Assembly (NCBI GenBank): GCA_035438625.1
Contig: DAORIS010000004.1
Span: 7,497 to 71,496, forward strand
DNA: 64,000 nucleotides
Reading direction: 5' to 3'
DNA from: Minisyncoccota bacterium
GTDB lineage: Bacteria; Patescibacteriota; Minisyncoccia; Phycocordibacterales; DAORIS01
The notes below the pieces were generated by a model, which saw only the letters and a list, made by a program, of their open reading frames with translations, ran no database searches and was not told where the DNA came from. Position 1 is the first letter of the stretch; every line of letters begins with the position of its first letter. Below, piece after piece: positions 45,819-55,923 of the stretch. The position numbers were made by a program, and so were the translations under genes.

Positions 45819-46553
45819 TTATTCAAGCATGAAGGAAGCGCGCACTGTCACCATAATTTCCTTCTTCAAACTTTGAGTGTCATATGCCCCATAATCGTCC
45901 ACACTAATTGATCCTGGAGAAAGTACTTGTACGACTCCGCTAGCCGCAGATTGGAGGTCACCTACTTGTGAACCTCCACTTTGTGCGATCTGGTTTGCCC
46001 TCTCTTTAGCATCCCGCATTGCGTCAGCAAGTAATTCTATTCGAGCCTCGGCAAGCTTAGAATATGTGTATTCAAGCGGCATTGATTGAAAAAGTACCCC
46101 TTGAGAAGCCAACACTTGGACATTTTTTGCGAGCGCAGAAATCTCTGCGACCTTTGGAGAATTCACTTCAATAATCTGGCGGAGTATATATTCTCTATTT
46201 GCATAATCGTTCTGCTTATACACTTGGTCCATGTACACCGGTGAACTTGTGTATTCATCTTCTGCTACCCCGCTTTGTGAAAATAGCTGCTTAACTGCCA
46301 CGAGATCTTTTGCTAACGATTGATATCCTGCATTAATTTGTGACTCATCAACAGTTCTAGTCAACGAAAGCGACCACCTAACTCTGTCAGCTTCAACTTC
46401 TTTTTTTGCTGATCCAGTTACCGAAAGAGACGAGTTATTATCTCGACTTACATAAAACGAGACAGAAAAAATAAGGGCGCTCAGAACCATGCCCAGAGCA
46501 ACTAGACCACCTAAGTACGAAAAGCTTTTTAATGTATTGTTTGTTGTATCCAT
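45819..46553 (-). CDS. SIMPL-domain (DUF541) protein, second copy.
   Basis: - An N-terminal transmembrane helix and SIMPL-like segments (...GSQVGDLQSAASGVVQVLSPG...). Confidence 0.55.
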   Translation of the reverse strand: MDTTNNTLKSFSYLGGLVALGMVLSALIFSVSFYVSRDNNSSLSVTGSAKKEVEADRVRWSLSLTRTVDESQINAGYQSLAKDLVAVKQLFSQSGVAEDEYTSSPVYMDQVYKQNDYANREYILRQIIEVNSPKVAEISALAKNVQVLASQGVLFQSMPLEYTYSKLAEARIELLADAMRDAKERANQIAQSGGSQVGDLQSAASGVVQVLSPGSISVDDYGAYDTQSLKKEIMVTVRASFMLE

Positions 46554-46561
46554 ACTTGTAT

Positions 46562-46810
46562 TTATGCAATTTTAGTTCCTTCTTCTCCAGATGACCGAAC
46601 ATCCTTTACACAATTTCTGCACACGGCATTTCCTTTCCAGTTTTTCTTATTACACACTCCACATCGGTACGTCGGAAGTGCAATGAGTGCAAATCCAGCA
46701 ACAATTAATAGTGTCGGCCAGACAAGTGAAAACGATACAGCGTCGAGTAACCCAAGGTTCTTAAGTAGAAAGATAACACCAACTGACAATACAATTATTC
46801 CTGTTCTCAT
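46562..46810 (-). CDS. Small membrane protein with a C-terminal zinc-ribbon-like Cys cluster.
   Basis: - Two transmembrane helices, then CGVCNKKNWKGNAVCRNC (C-x2-C ... C-x2-C). Confidence 0.4.
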   Translation of the reverse strand: MRTGIIVLSVGVIFLLKNLGLLDAVSFSLVWPTLLIVAGFALIALPTYRCGVCNKKNWKGNAVCRNCVKDVRSSGEEGTKIA

Positions 46811-46824
46811 ATATTTTTTCTTAA

Positions 46825-48510
46825 TTATACTATTTTTCGTACTCGCTGCATACGCATTCGAATTTCACGTCCACCAAAGAAGGATTCTTCAATAAAACCA
46901 AGCATTTCAACAGTATCCCCCACCCCCAGAGAATCAAACACGACATCTTTTGGGTAAAACTCAATACACTTTAATACTACTTCATTATTCTGTATGCGCA
47001 GTTCAATGTGTTCTTTTGCTTTACCAAATTTTTTAACACCCACAACCTTTGCTGAAGAAATTCTAAATACTGGCTTAGGATTATCCATCCCGTATGGACT
47101 CAATTGAGACAACATCCTGACAAGGTCATTAGAGACATCGTGTAATTCAAGCTCACAGTCACAAACCTCAACCACTCCTGACATGGTGGCATCTTTAACT
47201 TTCTGGCTTTGGTATTTTGTATACGCTTTAATTAATGCGTCTTTCAAACCGTGAATTTTTTCATGAGTCACTGAAAATCCACCTGAGGCGGCATGGCCAC
47301 CAAATGCATCAAAAAGAAACGGGTCTTCTTCATGTGCAATGTTCATGATCTCAACAATATTTTCATTTCGCGTAGCCCTAACAGAGCCTTTATAATGTGG
47401 TGAATCTTCCTTCCCCCACAAAAATACAGACTTTCCAACTTTTTCTGAAAGTGCGTTTGCCATGAGTCCTAATACACCTGGTTTCCAATCCGGATTTCCA
47501 ATAACCACAATTGGGTCATTAATAAATTCCTCTTCTCTTTTTGTAATTTCTCGTGTAAGTTGCGCACCAATTATTTTCCTCTGGTCATTAATTTTCAATA
47601 AGTACTCAGCTGCCACTCCGGCAACAGTTGGATCATCAGACGCAAGCATATTGAATGCATCCATTGGGTGCGCCATTCTTGACGCGGCATTTATTTTTGG
47701 CGTAATCATAAACGCAATATCGTCTTCTGTAAGCGTAGACTGTTGCATTCGCAACTTCGAAAACAACTTTAATAATCCCGGGCGACCAGTTTTTCGTAAC
47801 ACCTTTAAACCATATGTCGCAAATACTCGATTCTCACCGGTTAATGGGACCATGTCAGAGAGTGTGGCAATACCAACCATATCAAGTAACCACTTCTCAT
47901 GACCCGGTTTTAGTGAATTATTTACACTCTCAATACTCCGAGACTTGATGATGCCGTCGACTACCTTATAGATCACTCCCGCACCACACAACTCTTTAAA
48001 AGGATACTGACTACCTTTTAATTTTGGATTTACGATCGCGTGCGCATCAGGTAATACATCGTGAGGTAAGTGGTGGTCTGTAACAATGACATCCATACCG
48101 TTTTCATTTGCCTCACGTACTTCATCTACATCAGTAATTCCACAGTCGATGGTTATGATTAACCTTGCTCCTTTTTCTGCAAATTGCTTAATTGCATCAC
48201 TGTTTAATCCAAACCCCTCATCATGCCTATGAGGAATGTAATTTGAAAAGTTTGTGTATCCAATTTTTTTGAAGAAGTCATGGAGTACTACTCCTCCCGG
48301 AATACCATCAGCATCATAATCACTATAAACAACAATGTGTTCATCACCCTTAATGGCCTGTCCAATACGATCAACAGCCTTTTGCATGCCTGGCATTAAA
48401 AAAGGGTCATGGGTATGTTTATCAAAATCAGGATAAAGAAATTGCTCCTTATCGTCTTCTGAAATAATATTACGTTTAGTAAGAAGGAGGTTTAAAAGGT
48501 CGTTTTTCAC
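46825..48510 (-). CDS. recJ: Single-stranded-DNA-specific exonuclease RecJ.
   Basis: - DHH motifs (VYSDYDADGI; TDHHLPHD), a DHHA1 region and a C-terminal OB domain; 561 aa. Confidence 0.88.
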   Translation of the reverse strand: MKNDLLNLLLTKRNIISEDDKEQFLYPDFDKHTHDPFLMPGMQKAVDRIGQAIKGDEHIVVYSDYDADGIPGGVVLHDFFKKIGYTNFSNYIPHRHDEGFGLNSDAIKQFAEKGARLIITIDCGITDVDEVREANENGMDVIVTDHHLPHDVLPDAHAIVNPKLKGSQYPFKELCGAGVIYKVVDGIIKSRSIESVNNSLKPGHEKWLLDMVGIATLSDMVPLTGENRVFATYGLKVLRKTGRPGLLKLFSKLRMQQSTLTEDDIAFMITPKINAASRMAHPMDAFNMLASDDPTVAGVAAEYLLKINDQRKIIGAQLTREITKREEEFINDPIVVIGNPDWKPGVLGLMANALSEKVGKSVFLWGKEDSPHYKGSVRATRNENIVEIMNIAHEEDPFLFDAFGGHAASGGFSVTHEKIHGLKDALIKAYTKYQSQKVKDATMSGVVEVCDCELELHDVSNDLVRMLSQLSPYGMDNPKPVFRISSAKVVGVKKFGKAKEHIELRIQNNEVVLKCIEFYPKDVVFDSLGVGDTVEMLGFIEESFFGGREIRMRMQRVRKIV

Positions 48511-48544
48511 CTGAAAAGTCTAACACATCGACTATAATCAATAT

Positions 48545-48967
48545 ATGACTACCAACCAAGCAAATTGTCTCTTTTGTAAGATAGTAACTGGCACCATTCC
48601 TACAGCAAAAATCTATGAGGATGATCACACGATTGCTTTCCTAGACATCCGTCCGAACAGTAAAGGTCACAGTCTTGTTATTCCCAAAAAGCATTCCCAA
48701 GACTTTTTACATACAGACAAAGAAACAGCTAGTTCTCTTATTCAAACAGTACATATTGTGGCCCAAAAACTCGAATCGGTGTTAGGCACATCTCACATGA
48801 ACATTGCAACAAATGTTGGACAAGAGGCTGGGCAAATTATCTTCCATACGCACATCCACATCATTCCAAGATACAAAGGAGTGGTTGGTAAGGGGTATTC
48901 CTACAAAGAAAAAGAAATGGAAGAACTAGCGGAGAACATTAGGACAATGCCTCAAGACCAGGAATAG
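48545..48967 (+). CDS. HIT-family (histidine triad) nucleotide hydrolase.
   Basis: - The HIT motif HTHIHIIPR; 140 aa. Confidence 0.85.
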   Translation: MTTNQANCLFCKIVTGTIPTAKIYEDDHTIAFLDIRPNSKGHSLVIPKKHSQDFLHTDKETASSLIQTVHIVAQKLESVLGTSHMNIATNVGQEAGQIIFHTHIHIIPRYKGVVGKGYSYKEKEMEELAENIRTMPQDQE

Positions 48968-50093
48968 TTCCCGCACTTAGGAAATCTAACATTGCTCCGC
49001 CACCCGTTGAAACGAATGTGTATTCTTTAAATACTCCAGCAGACTGGATCGCAGCAAGTGTATCTCCTCCACCTACGATCTTCTTTGCACTTTGGGGAGT
49101 ATGTTCAGCAATGAGACGTGCCATGAGTAGCGTTCCTGCGTCGTATCCTTCTTCATAACTACCCAGAGGACCATTCCATACAACGCATACAGCTGACTGT
49201 AACTGCGGTATAAGTGCTTCGATTGCAGACGGCGCTGCATCAACAATTCTCTCGGTGGACTTCAGCTCGTGTGGGGTTCCAATTCGCACCTGGTGTCCTT
49301 CCTTATCTGTTTCAATTACCACCTCTTCTGGAACAGTTACTTTTCCTGACCGTGCTATCTCGACAGTCTGGAATTGCCCTTCTGAAACAAGCGATGTTCC
49401 GATTGAGTCACCTCTCTCTATATAAAAATTATGTGCCAGTGCACCACCAACAAAAATTAGGTCTGTTTCGTGCATAAACCGTTTTATGAGAGGAAGTTTT
49501 GTATCAAATTTCGCTCCCCCAAGTATAAAGATAAAAGGTTTTGGTGCATTGAAGGCAATTGATAACATTGAGATTTCTGTATCAAACTGGAAGCCGGCGT
49601 ACGATTTAGCACCAAACAATTTAGGCAGCGCTGAGACTGTCGCGTGAGTGCGGTGTGAGACAGAGAACGCTTCGTTTACATACACATCCGCAAGGGCCCG
49701 GAGAGATTTTGCAAACTCGATGTCATTTTTCTTTTCACCGTCATACAGACGAATGTTTTCAGAAAGAATAATTGAGCCTGGAGTAACATGCTTAATTGTT
49801 TCGGCACACGTCTCAAGAACGTCTGTACAAAAAGCAACAGTATTATGTGGGAGTAGTTTTTGTAACACAGGAAGCACAGGACGTAATGTTCCTTCTCCAC
49901 TTTCAATGTGAGAAATTAGAAGAACAACTGCACCACGTTCAACCAAAAAACGAATTGTTTCTAGGCTCTGTTGGATTCTAAAATCATCTGTAACTTCCCC
50001 ATTTGCGATTGGTACATTAAAGTCACACCGTACTAATACCTTTGTTCCAGGCTCGATAGTCGCCTCTGAAATTTTCTTATATTTTTTCATCAC
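48939..50093 (-). CDS. pgk: Phosphoglycerate kinase.
   Basis: - The Pgk N-terminal substrate-binding pattern (VLVRCDFNVP) and the C-terminal nucleotide domain; 384 aa. Confidence 0.92.
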   Translation of the reverse strand: MMKKYKKISEATIEPGTKVLVRCDFNVPIANGEVTDDFRIQQSLETIRFLVERGAVVLLISHIESGEGTLRPVLPVLQKLLPHNTVAFCTDVLETCAETIKHVTPGSIILSENIRLYDGEKKNDIEFAKSLRALADVYVNEAFSVSHRTHATVSALPKLFGAKSYAGFQFDTEISMLSIAFNAPKPFIFILGGAKFDTKLPLIKRFMHETDLIFVGGALAHNFYIERGDSIGTSLVSEGQFQTVEIARSGKVTVPEEVVIETDKEGHQVRIGTPHELKSTERIVDAAPSAIEALIPQLQSAVCVVWNGPLGSYEEGYDAGTLLMARLIAEHTPQSAKKIVGGGDTLAAIQSAGVFKEYTFVSTGGGAMLDFLSAGTIPGLEALS

Positions 50094-50098
50094 TACGT

Positions 50099-50905
50099 TT
50101 ATTTCCTTTTAGAACGAATTGGCAATAGTACATCGTAAATCTGCATAAAACTCTGTACAGTCAGACTTTGTTTTCCCACAAGCAACCCTTGTACTTCACC
50201 GTTTTCAATAAAACTTCGTGCATTCTCGGGATTCACTGATCCGCCATAAAGAATTGGTATCTGTGAAAGGTGCTGGTAGCCATTTTCAAATGCTAATTGT
50301 TTTCGAATATATAACACTGTTTCGTGTAAATCAGTCGGGTCCATTGAAACACCAGTCCCGATTGCCCACACTGGCTCATACGCAATTACCAACTGTGACT
50401 CAAAGCCTTTTGGAAAATTTCTAAATGTGGTGAGCAATTGCTGACGTATAAAATGCAAATGAGTCCCTTCATCATCTCGGACTTTTTCTCCAATACAGAC
50501 AACAACCGTCAAACCTTCGTTAATCGCGGCATGCAGCTTTATATTTGCAATCTCATCCGTGTCCCCTGCCTGCCTCATTTCAGAGTGACCGATGAGCGTA
50601 GCGGTAATTCCCGCCTCACGTAACATGCGCGCAGAAACACGGCCAGTATACGCTCCGCTTTTCTCTTGAAACGCATCTTGCGCCAAAACTACAAGCTTCG
50701 ATTTTTTTGCCTGTGGAGAGTTTAAAAATTCACGTAGGTACAGTGTTGGGACCGCAACACCAATAGTCCCATATTTTGGTGAAGCAGCTGCCTTTGCTAC
50801 AGCTCTAAATAAGAGCTTAGCCTCATCGAGCGTGTCGGGATTCATCTTCCAATTTCCAATCAACATTGGAGCTTGAAATTTTCGTGGTTTTGTTCGGAGT
50901 GCCAT
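50099..50905 (-). CDS. tpiA: Triosephosphate isomerase.
   Basis: - GNWKMN, AYEPVWAIGTG and the catalytic region are present. Confidence 0.92.
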   Translation of the reverse strand: MALRTKPRKFQAPMLIGNWKMNPDTLDEAKLLFRAVAKAAASPKYGTIGVAVPTLYLREFLNSPQAKKSKLVVLAQDAFQEKSGAYTGRVSARMLREAGITATLIGHSEMRQAGDTDEIANIKLHAAINEGLTVVVCIGEKVRDDEGTHLHFIRQQLLTTFRNFPKGFESQLVIAYEPVWAIGTGVSMDPTDLHETVLYIRKQLAFENGYQHLSQIPILYGGSVNPENARSFIENGEVQGLLVGKQSLTVQSFMQIYDVLLPIRSKRK

Positions 50906-50927
50906 GTGGGGAGTATATCATTCTCCA

Positions 50928-52406
50928 CTAATCAATTTCTTCCCAAGAAATGATCTCATATTGGTCTGACGTAAGCGGGAATGATGGTGGTGGGGCATAC
51001 AACATATTTGAGTCATAGCTAATTGTTCTTGTTTGGTATCCAGTACCATCGGTATACGCAAAACCATATCGGTCGCTTGATCCGAGCATTCCATAGAGAG
51101 AGATTGAGTTTCTAACGTAATTTGATCCACACGCACTGTCATAGTACGGCCTACCAACTCTTCCATTCTGAGAAATTAATGCCCCATCAATTTTTAGACT
51201 GTTAAGACTACCTAAGCCAACATTAATATCTCCCTGAGCAATGAGCGCCAATACATCTGACCCGTCATAATTTGTATACGAAACATTTTCATTAATCGTA
51301 ATGACCGGAAGGGTTCCAGGTACCGGGAATTTTGCTGCAACAACCGTAATTCGAGCAGTATCAATTTGGCCGGCTGCCCATACATTATCTTCGACAAAAA
51401 TTACACCGTTCGCTGGATTGGGATAATTTGCAAAAAAAGATTGTGTATTTACTGTCCACGATCCCCATGTAGGATCTGAAGATGGATTACTTTCATTTCT
51501 ACAACTCGAAGAAACACTTGTAACACTATTTACTTTATACACATCAAACGTATCGTTAGTCTTAAAAACAAGCCGATATCCACTTTTACCTGAAGGAGCA
51601 ATATATCTACCCGCAGACTGAGCTAACGATTTTATTGAAGCCAGGTCAGATGTAATACCCGTAAAATCTACTGGAGCTACAGGAAACTGCCTACCAGCTT
51701 TAAATACATCTAGGCGTGATGGAATAGTACTTGGGGGAGCTTCTGCTGCGCGAAATGAACTTGTAACACCAGAGCCTGGTGGCGGGTTCACATGTGTATG
51801 CACACCGAACTCATTGTTTCCCGTATGGTCTGGGTCAGAATAGTTTGATTCAGCACTTGTTACAACATTATATGCCACCCCATCAAATCGAATACCTCCG
51901 TTTGAGTGTATCGGGCCATACACCTCAGTTCCCTCTCCAAAACGGATATCAGAATTTCCTACGATGGCATACTTCGCAAGCGAAGGAATTGCCATCTGTG
52001 CTTTTATCTTTCGACTTGACGATGCCGCCACCAATACACCTTCCGAGGTTACCGTAACAATTGTAGATCCGACTGGCGGAGGTGCGATGGTTAGATGAAA
52101 TTTTCCAATTACTTCTCCATCTTTGTCATAATACACATGTGAATACGGGCCGCTCGTTGCTGTACCGTCTTGATAATCTGTTGGAGCATGTGCTAAATGC
52201 CATCGGTAATAATTAATACCTGACTCAGCAATTTGTAGAGCCAACTCTTCATTCCGGGCACTCCGAGCACTCTTAACATTCGTTCCCGCCCATGAAATAA
52301 GTGCAGAAATAATAAGAACACCAATTGATGAAAACACTAACATCGACATCAAAAGTACTCCCGTTTGACTTGATCGAAACTGTATATACTTTTGTGTAAA
52401 TCTCAT
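50928..52406 (-). CDS. PilX/GspK-like minor pilin (large).
   Basis: - An N-terminal hydrophobic segment of the PilX/GspK type (QTGVLLMSMLVFSSIGVL, lacking Glu at +5).
- A large Ser/Thr/Gly-rich beta domain.
- It sits at the end of the pilB-pilC-pilin operon. Confidence 0.4.
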   Translation of the reverse strand: MRFTQKYIQFRSSQTGVLLMSMLVFSSIGVLIISALISWAGTNVKSARSARNEELALQIAESGINYYRWHLAHAPTDYQDGTATSGPYSHVYYDKDGEVIGKFHLTIAPPPVGSTIVTVTSEGVLVAASSSRKIKAQMAIPSLAKYAIVGNSDIRFGEGTEVYGPIHSNGGIRFDGVAYNVVTSAESNYSDPDHTGNNEFGVHTHVNPPPGSGVTSSFRAAEAPPSTIPSRLDVFKAGRQFPVAPVDFTGITSDLASIKSLAQSAGRYIAPSGKSGYRLVFKTNDTFDVYKVNSVTSVSSSCRNESNPSSDPTWGSWTVNTQSFFANYPNPANGVIFVEDNVWAAGQIDTARITVVAAKFPVPGTLPVITINENVSYTNYDGSDVLALIAQGDINVGLGSLNSLKIDGALISQNGRVGRPYYDSACGSNYVRNSISLYGMLGSSDRYGFAYTDGTGYQTRTISYDSNMLYAPPPSFPLTSDQYEIISWEEID

Positions 52407-53041
52407 AAGTTATCTTTTAGGTTCCTAATACTTACCCGACTTTCTATAATTATAGGCCCCGGAGCACGATTTGGGTCTCTTTCAATTGGGATAGTAATCT
52501 GGATCAATCTAATCAAGCGTGGATCTACTGGCTGTGTAAGGGCAACAGCTGTTGAGGTTCCCGTATAACTATCATCGTAGTATTTAAATAAAGGTGTAGA
52601 CGTGGAAAGAATATTTTGAACAACAATTCCAGTAGTTGAACTTGCGCCAACATATCTATTTGGGTTTGTACCAGGGGGTGTAACTGTCTTTTTTAAAGTA
52701 GCCCCATCTTTGAAGTATCGAATTTGTTCCCTGTTTGAATCTCCACTTATATCCGCATAAAATGTAATTGCCGTTGTTGATGCTTCAACAATTGGAAAAG
52801 AACCCGTAATTGAAGGTCCAGCAGAACGAACTTCTGCAACAAAGTCTTGTACTACCTCACCTCCCTCAAACGAAGCAACCAGACTATCGGACAAAGTTCG
52901 ATTGTATGAAAATACATTTCCACCAAACGCACCAACAGCAACACTTATTATTCCCGCAATAGCAACAACAATAATTACTTCAATTAATGTAAATGCCTTC
53001 TGCGTTGTACGTGTGCGATGATTAAACATATTATTGTCCAA
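52403..53041 (-). CDS. Type IV pilin-like protein (prepilin-type N-terminus).
   Basis: - QKAFTLIEVIIVVAIAGI is a class III signal/methylation motif variant, with Glu at +5. Confidence 0.6.
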   Translation of the reverse strand: MDNNMFNHRTRTTQKAFTLIEVIIVVAIAGIISVAVGAFGGNVFSYNRTLSDSLVASFEGGEVVQDFVAEVRSAGPSITGSFPIVEASTTAITFYADISGDSNREQIRYFKDGATLKKTVTPPGTNPNRYVGASSTTGIVVQNILSTSTPLFKYYDDSYTGTSTAVALTQPVDPRLIRLIQITIPIERDPNRAPGPIIIESRVSIRNLKDNL

Positions 53042-54836
53042 GAGAAACTGCGTGAGTTGAATAAGTACTTGTGGCTGACAGCGAACCAGAATATGTATCG
53101 TAACCTGTTTTTGAAACGGAAATACTATATGTTCCTGAGGTTAATCCATCAAAGTATACTTGGCCCGGCGCAACACAGTTACCACCAAACGTAATGGATA
53201 TATCTGAAACTGTTGGTGTATACGCATTACTTGCTGTTTGTAAAAAGACCTTGTACCGAATATACCGCTTACCATTCATCGAAGCGTGGATAGTTTGACC
53301 TGATGCTGTGTAATACGTTCCACTCGTTCCATCAGTTCCTACATAATTCCATGTTGTAGTTGCTGTGTTTGTATCACTTGCAGCTAGCTGAATACGTACT
53401 GCATCACCACCTGCCTGTGCTGGCTGGTTTGCTGGAAGCCAGGCTAAAGAGTAGAAATCACTTGAGGTTCCAACATCAAATACTGAAGATGTAAGTTCTC
53501 CACTTGCAACATAGGATCCCAGTATATTCTTTAGTGATATTTGTCCGGATGGTGTTGTTGTTTCAATATTTCCATCAGAAGAAAAATATCTACTCTCATC
53601 ACCGATAGTATCTTGCCCAGATCCTCCAACCCAGTTTGTTTGATCTATATATCCCTGTCCTGTTATAGATGTGTATGTCGTTCCACTACGTGTAATCTCA
53701 ACAGTGGCGCCAGAGAGCGGTAAGCTAGACCCAGAGTCTCTTACACTGACCAGTAGTGCATTTGGAACAGCCGGAGCAATCAAAAGAGTGGCATCGTTTT
53801 CAGACCCCGGATTAACCGCAATTGGCAACAATGGAATTGATCCAGCGATATTTCTTCCTGCCGAAGCAAGTGTTATAGCGTAGGTATCCCACTCAAGACT
53901 CGAAAGTGGCAATAGGCCAGAACCATTCGTTGTGGCTGTATTACTATATTTATAGACATTTGGTGTACCGATCAGTTTAGAGCCACTTATATTCATAGAG
54001 ATATTTCCAATTGGAGCACACGAAGATGCCGTCAAAGTGGAGATATCTAAAGAACTTGTCTCATCAATTGCAAAACTTGTTTGAGTGAGTGATCCTTTAA
54101 TAACACTTGCATGTCGCTTTATCGGACTTGGATTTCCTGTCGCACCAGGCCAGTATGTTTGATCAGTTGAATATCCACCTTTCGATACCACAATTCGATA
54201 CCTCTCAGTTGAAGTTGGTATATCTACCAGCTGTAGAATACCTGTAGTATCTGTTGATTCTGAAATATTGATTGCAGGGGTAACCGATCCATTTACCACA
54301 GACACTGTTGCACCCTCTACTGCCTGACCATTTGCATCAAATACACGAACAAATAATGACCCCTTGTTTGAAGTACTCTCTAGACCCTTCGGAGCAAGAA
54401 TAGTACTAAACGAAAGCGTGTCATCTGGGTTACACGCAATACAACGTATGTCGACTTGAACGAGTTTATAATCTGCTGGAGAAATATCGTTTTTAGTTGT
54501 ACTTCCAATCATGCCATCGAACGGATCATCAATATTTCTGATTGTTGTTGTAGCAAAAAAATTAAAGTTTCCTTTAGTGATTGTTTTAAAACGCTGAAGT
54601 GAGCCAGCGGGAGATCCGCCAGAAAGACCAATGTCTGAATATGACATGTTACGAATAATCTCAAACTCTTCGTTTGCAATTGAGGTAGCCACTGTTTTAA
54701 CTTTCGACAATCGCGCAACACGAAAAGTACGCTGATATCCTTCATAAATTGCCGTTGTGACAATAACTAAAATACTTAAGCTTACGAGTAGCTCAATTAA
54801 TGTGAATCCCCGATTCCTACTGGCTATTTGTGCCAT
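53031..54836 (-). CDS. Large type IV pilin-like protein (601 aa).
   Basis: - RGFTLIELLVSLSILVIV is a canonical prepilin cleavage/methylation motif.
- It is followed by a large Thr/Ser/Gly-rich domain. Confidence 0.7.
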   Translation of the reverse strand: MAQIASRNRGFTLIELLVSLSILVIVTTAIYEGYQRTFRVARLSKVKTVATSIANEEFEIIRNMSYSDIGLSGGSPAGSLQRFKTITKGNFNFFATTTIRNIDDPFDGMIGSTTKNDISPADYKLVQVDIRCIACNPDDTLSFSTILAPKGLESTSNKGSLFVRVFDANGQAVEGATVSVVNGSVTPAINISESTDTTGILQLVDIPTSTERYRIVVSKGGYSTDQTYWPGATGNPSPIKRHASVIKGSLTQTSFAIDETSSLDISTLTASSCAPIGNISMNISGSKLIGTPNVYKYSNTATTNGSGLLPLSSLEWDTYAITLASAGRNIAGSIPLLPIAVNPGSENDATLLIAPAVPNALLVSVRDSGSSLPLSGATVEITRSGTTYTSITGQGYIDQTNWVGGSGQDTIGDESRYFSSDGNIETTTPSGQISLKNILGSYVASGELTSSVFDVGTSSDFYSLAWLPANQPAQAGGDAVRIQLAASDTNTATTTWNYVGTDGTSGTYYTASGQTIHASMNGKRYIRYKVFLQTASNAYTPTVSDISITFGGNCVAPGQVYFDGLTSGTYSISVSKTGYDTYSGSLSATSTYSTHAVSLGQ

Positions 54837-55897
54837 TATTTAATTGCGTCTCCGATTGAGTAAATAGGTCCAAGCATTGATATTGCAAAGAAACCTACCG
54901 CTGCTCCAATTATAATCATAAGGAACGGCTCAATAATTGACGACATATCTTTTGTCTTTTGTTCGACCTCATCTTCGTAATACACAGCAACACCCAGAAG
55001 CATCTTGGCCATCTGTCCAGTCTCCTCTCCTACTGCAAGCATTTCACCGACGAATGGAGGGTATAAATTTTCATGCTTAGCAAATACTGTTGAGAGTGGC
55101 TCTCCACGTTCTACGATTGGCCTTGCTTCACCGATAATATCTTTGTAATACACGTTTTGTAATACATCTTGTGTAATTTCAACCGCTGCTAAAATATCAA
55201 CACCTGCAGTCAGCAGAGATGACATTGTTCGTGCTGTTCGTGCGGCATTTGTTTCCTTTACCAACACATTGATAATTGGAATATGAAGTATTAGCCAGTG
55301 GACAGATCGCTTACCAACTCGAGTTTTTGTAAAACTCCACAAGCTAAAAGCAATAACAGCTATTCCCAATAGCGTTACGATTACATTATTCTTTAAAAAG
55401 TCACTTACAAAGATTACAAGTTTTGTTGTTGTTGGAAGTTCAACATTCATTTCCTTGAACGTGTCTGTAATTGCAGGGACGACGTTTGTAAGCATGAAAA
55501 AGGCAATACCGCACATAGCAAGGAGAATGACACCTGGGTACATCATGGCACCTCTGATTTTTCTCGTCAGTTCACTAGCTCGCTCAAGTTGTAATCCAAC
55601 TGTTTGGAGTGAGGCGGACAGAGAACCGCTTTCCTCTCCCGCCTTTACCATAGAAATAAATAGTGGGGAGAAAATGTTTGGAAATTTTGAAATAGTCTCG
55701 TTAAAAGTTTTGCCCGCTGCCAAATCTTGGTTAATTACAGAAAGCGCCTCTTTTAATTTCTTATTCCTTGTTTGACGTTCAATAACTGCAAGTGCACGTG
55801 AAAGCGAAAGACCCGCCTCGAGCATGGCGCTAAGATTTTTTGCAAGGAGAACCTTATCGTGTGCCTTAACTCTTCCAAATAGTGTAGGTATCTTCAT
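54836..55897 (-). CDS. pilC: Type IV pilus / type II secretion platform protein PilC/GspF.
   Basis: - Duplicated T2SSF domains and three transmembrane helices.
- Motifs such as MVKAGEESGSL and FVGEMLAVGEETGQ. Confidence 0.8.
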   Translation of the reverse strand: MKIPTLFGRVKAHDKVLLAKNLSAMLEAGLSLSRALAVIERQTRNKKLKEALSVINQDLAAGKTFNETISKFPNIFSPLFISMVKAGEESGSLSASLQTVGLQLERASELTRKIRGAMMYPGVILLAMCGIAFFMLTNVVPAITDTFKEMNVELPTTTKLVIFVSDFLKNNVIVTLLGIAVIAFSLWSFTKTRVGKRSVHWLILHIPIINVLVKETNAARTARTMSSLLTAGVDILAAVEITQDVLQNVYYKDIIGEARPIVERGEPLSTVFAKHENLYPPFVGEMLAVGEETGQMAKMLLGVAVYYEDEVEQKTKDMSSIIEPFLMIIIGAAVGFFAISMLGPIYSIGDAIK

Positions 55898-55923
55898 TCT
55901 CTTTATATTATATACTGACCGTG